Shown here: positions 61,189 through 64,000 of the stretch, one piece after another
Layout of the letters: every line of letters begins with the position of its first letter
Numbering within the stretch: position 1 is the first letter of the stretch
NCBI GenBank assembly: GCA_036676395.1
Contig: JAKFCY010000002.1
Span: 2,080,001-2,144,000 of the forward strand
Reading direction: 5' to 3'
Origin: Bdellovibrio sp.
GTDB taxonomy: Bacteria; Bdellovibrionota; Bdellovibrionia; Bdellovibrionales; Bdellovibrionaceae
Length of the DNA stretch: 64,000 bases
Translations under genes and position numbers: made by a program
Notes under the pieces: model-generated
What the model was told of the DNA's origin: nothing
The model's input: the letters and a program-made list of their open reading frames with translations, nothing else
The model's database searches: none

Positions 61189-62715
61189 TTACTTAGCACA
61201 CCATGGAAGTTCAGGCATGATACCGCACATGATTTGGCAAAGCATTGGATCACCAAGTGGACATTCGCCTTCGCCAGGAGTACCTGGATTAGAAGATTCA
61301 GTTTTTCCAACATTGATATCTAATGAAGAAACTGATCTGCCAGAAGCATCAGTAGCTTTAATAGTTACTGTACCTTGAACTTTACCAGTTAATAAACCTT
61401 CTTCAGTGATCGTTGCAATGTTTGCATCAGAAGATTCAAACTTAACTGCACCAGAAGAATTTTTCATTGCGAATTGTTGAGTTGCATCTACTGCTACAGT
61501 AGCCGCAGCCGGAACGATCCAAGATTGTTTGTCTAATAATGTAGTTACAGAAGCTAAAGCATCGATACGGCAGTTACATGCAGTTTCGATTTGTACTTTC
61601 GCGCCAGTAGATTGCATTAATGAACGAATCTCTGCACCAGTTAAAGTAGGGTCTTGTGCTTTTAAGAAAGCTACTAAACCAGCTACTAACGGTGTCGCCA
61701 TAGATGTACCAGATAAGTTTCCGTATTTGTTCGAAGGCAAAGTCGACATAATCGCATCACCCGGAGCCGCAATAGAAACCATCGCTTTACCGTAATTTGA
61801 CCAAGATGGTTTTGCATCAGAAGAATTTGATGCAGCAACCGCGATCATATTAGGCGTGTTAGCGTTTGTTGGGTACATTGCAGTGTTATCGTTATTTTTA
61901 CCATCATTCGCAGCAGCAGCTACGAAGATAATTCCTGCAGCGTCAGCACGTTTAACAGCTTCGATTAATGGTTGAGCCTGAGCAGTCGGAACTGCAGCTC
62001 CCCAAGAAGCAGAAATAACTTGAACGCCTTTTTCAATCGCGTAATCGATAGATTTAATACCGTTATCTAAATCGCCAGAACCATCTGCGCCTAAGAAACG
62101 GATTGGCATCATTTGTACTTCAGGAGAAATACCTTGAATACCGCCATCAACTAAACCAGTTGCACCAATGATACCAGCACAGTGAGTACCGTGACCTGGA
62201 TTTTGTGCGCCAGTTAAATCCATTGGATCATTATCGTTATCACGGTAATCGATACCGCTAACCATGTTTGGTGCTAAAGCACTGTGGTTGTAATCAATAC
62301 CAGTATCGATAACTGCAACAGTTACAGTTTTCTTACCTTTGTTACCAGCTTTTGCCCAAGCTTGTGGAGCATTCACTTTTGCTAAAGCATATTGCTCTTT
62401 AAGGCCCATGAAATCTACAGGAGTAGAGAAAGCTTTGATTTTGAAGTTAGGTACAACGTACTCAACGTTTGAATCTCTTAAGATTTCAGCTAACACGCGA
62501 ACTTTTTGAAATTCGTTGATGCTTACTTTTAAAAGTCTGCCCGGTTTGTGCATTGATCTTACTTGAAGACCATTTGATTCGTTTTGCATGAACACGATAT
62601 TGTTCACTGCTTTTTCGTTTTTGTACTTAACTAGAAATTCGCCAGCGTTAGCTGATAACGAAAGTCCTAATGAAGCAGCTAACAACAATACTTTTGTAGC
62701 TAGTTTAGATGTCAT
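61189..62715 (-). CDS. secreted subtilisin-like S8 protease with Ig-like (Big_2) domain
   Basis: Catalytic triad VIDTG, HGTHCAG, GTSMATP; ATG 62715 after GGAG. Confidence 0.95.
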   Translation of the reverse strand: MTSKLATKVLLLAASLGLSLSANAGEFLVKYKNEKAVNNIVFMQNESNGLQVRSMHKPGRLLKVSINEFQKVRVLAEILRDSNVEYVVPNFKIKAFSTPVDFMGLKEQYALAKVNAPQAWAKAGNKGKKTVTVAVIDTGIDYNHSALAPNMVSGIDYRDNDNDPMDLTGAQNPGHGTHCAGIIGATGLVDGGIQGISPEVQMMPIRFLGADGSGDLDNGIKSIDYAIEKGVQVISASWGAAVPTAQAQPLIEAVKRADAAGIIFVAAAANDGKNNDNTAMYPTNANTPNMIAVAASNSSDAKPSWSNYGKAMVSIAAPGDAIMSTLPSNKYGNLSGTSMATPLVAGLVAFLKAQDPTLTGAEIRSLMQSTGAKVQIETACNCRIDALASVTTLLDKQSWIVPAAATVAVDATQQFAMKNSSGAVKFESSDANIATITEEGLLTGKVQGTVTIKATDASGRSVSSLDINVGKTESSNPGTPGEGECPLGDPMLCQIMCGIMPELPWCAK

Positions 62716-62743
62716 TTCCCTCTCCTTGGTGAAACATTTTTTT

Positions 62744-62774
62744 AGCAAATTTGCTTAGGTTCCAACTTGGAACC
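62744..62774. promoter_or_regulatory. two adjacent palindromes upstream of the protease
   Basis: AGCAAATTTGCT (62744-62755) and GGTTCCAA-c-TTGGAACC (62758-62774). Confidence 0.4.
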
Positions 62775-62898
62775 ATTTTTTCTTTCAAGAATCGTATCCC
62801 GATGGACCCCTAAAACAAGAAAAAATTAAAAAAATAATAAACTAACGCAGCTGGACTTTGGTTGAGGTCGCACGATCAGCACGAAACACTCTATATAT

Positions 62899-63657
62899 AT
62901 GTCTTATCTACACGTCGTCATACTAGCCCTCGTTGAAGGCCTAACAGAATTTTTACCAGTGAGTTCTACAGGTCACCTTATTTTAACATCGCACTTCTTA
63001 GGATTAACATCTGACGCGTTTCTTAAAGCGTTCCAAATTATTATCCAATTTGGAGCTATCATGGCTGTTGTCGTGATGTACTTTCCGCGTTTTATTAAAA
63101 TAGATATTAATTTTTATAAAAAAATTGCGTTCGGTTCATTGCCGGTTCTTATCGCCGGATTTTTATTAAAAGATGTGATCGATCAATGGCTTGATAGCAC
63201 AGTGATTGTTGCCTGGTCGCTGGTGATCGGCGGAATCATTTTTGTGATCGCTGATTTGTATATCAAACCTATCGATGGCAAAGGCAATATTAGCATTCCT
63301 GATTCAATTAAAATCGGGCTTATTCAATGCATAGCTTTAATTCCGGGAATCTCAAGATCAGGAGCTACAATTTTAGGGGCGCAAGTCTTACGTTACGAAA
63401 AATCAGAGGCTGCCGAATTTTCATTTTTCTTGGCCGTACCCACCTTAACTGCGGCGACATTATATAAAGCCTGGAAAATTCGTCACATTGTCGATGCCAG
63501 TAACGCACCTCATTTAGTTGTGGGAATCATTTTATCTTTTATTTTTGCCTGGCTTGCGATCAAAGGTTTTATCGCTTTTGTTTCGCAGCATGGGTTTAAG
63601 TGGTTTGGTTTTTATCGTATAGTGCTTGGAATTATGGTGCTTATTTATGGAAAATAA
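62899..63657 (+). CDS. uppP: undecaprenyl-diphosphate phosphatase
   Basis: VEGLTEFLPVSSTGH, PGISRSGAT, AEFSFFLAVP. Confidence 0.96.
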   Translation: MSYLHVVILALVEGLTEFLPVSSTGHLILTSHFLGLTSDAFLKAFQIIIQFGAIMAVVVMYFPRFIKIDINFYKKIAFGSLPVLIAGFLLKDVIDQWLDSTVIVAWSLVIGGIIFVIADLYIKPIDGKGNISIPDSIKIGLIQCIALIPGISRSGATILGAQVLRYEKSEAAEFSFFLAVPTLTAATLYKAWKIRHIVDASNAPHLVVGIILSFIFAWLAIKGFIAFVSQHGFKWFGFYRIVLGIMVLIYGK

Positions 63658-64000
63658 TATTTTTCAAACTTCTGCAAATTTTATCTCTTTAGAAATGCAG
63701 GAGCTTTTAGACAGTCAAATCGTCGTCATGGCGAATTGGAAATGGCTGGCGCTGGCCGCATCTGTCTTGCTGGTTTTAATTATCAATAAACTTGTGCGAA
63801 TTCTTTTACACAAGGCAAAAAAAAGAATTCATCTTTCAGAAGAACGCACATTTTTTTCTTATTTCATTCAACAAAATATTGAGCGCGGCTTAAGTTGGAT
63901 TTTAGCAGCCCTTATCGGGATGGCACTGGTTGAAAATTTAGCCTTACCGGCAAACTTTGAAAAGTATTTGTTACTGCTTTTAAAAGTGACCCTGGGTCTT
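63647..64000 (+). CDS. 5' part of a membrane protein, possibly MscS family (truncated by the window)
   Basis: Open frame MENNIFQ...NWKWLALAASVLLVLII...LSWILAALIGMAL to the window end. Confidence 0.5.
   Translation, partial: MENNIFQTSANFISLEMQELLDSQIVVMANWKWLALAASVLLVLIINKLVRILLHKAKKRIHLSEERTFFSYFIQQNIERGLSWILAALIGMALVENLALPANFEKYLLLLLKVTLGL

Noticed and set aside
5078..61795. Many 60-170 aa ORFs antisense to or nested in long genes (e.g. 14455, 22562, 26215, 55686, 59001)
   Set aside because: Shadow frames of real genes; no RBS or recognisable motifs.
36921..62748. Long N-terminal extensions in the ORF track (36950, 38107, 41156, 45183, 47805, 61038, 62748)
   Set aside because: Downstream ATGs have better RBS and/or signal-peptide context.
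1..64000. CRISPR array, tRNA, rRNA, IS elements
   Set aside because: No regularly spaced direct repeats, cloverleaf or T-loop signatures, or transposase ORFs recognised by eye.

Overview
AT-rich (roughly 40% GC by eye) bacterial chromosome segment whose gene content points to a predatory Bdellovibrionota (Bdellovibrio/Pseudobdellovibrio-like); the taxon is inferred. It holds four paralogous secreted phage-tail-fibre-like adhesins (804, 1339, 1073 and 2685 aa). Three share a near-identical N-terminal domain, the 1073-aa copy has a divergent version, and each ends in a different tip. One has an S74 autochaperone; another is translationally coupled to a 1071-aa beta-propeller protein. The window also has a divergent arginine cluster (argCJBFR / argGH) with tandem ARG boxes, an orphan DnaA paralogue, two hybrid histidine kinases, cell-wall and secreted hydrolases, a di-haem cytochrome, a large secreted kinase-like protein and housekeeping genes (pyrC, ABC-F, yciB, uppP). 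The intergenic DNA shows a recurring sigma28/FliA-type promoter 6-10 nt before start codons (apparently leaderless mRNAs; exactly 7 nt for three fibre genes). It also shows a palindrome RTCTCA-N3-TGAGAY upstream of all four fibre loci, and several sigma54-type promoters. No rRNA, tRNA, CRISPR array, transposase, integrase or reverse transcriptase was recognised.
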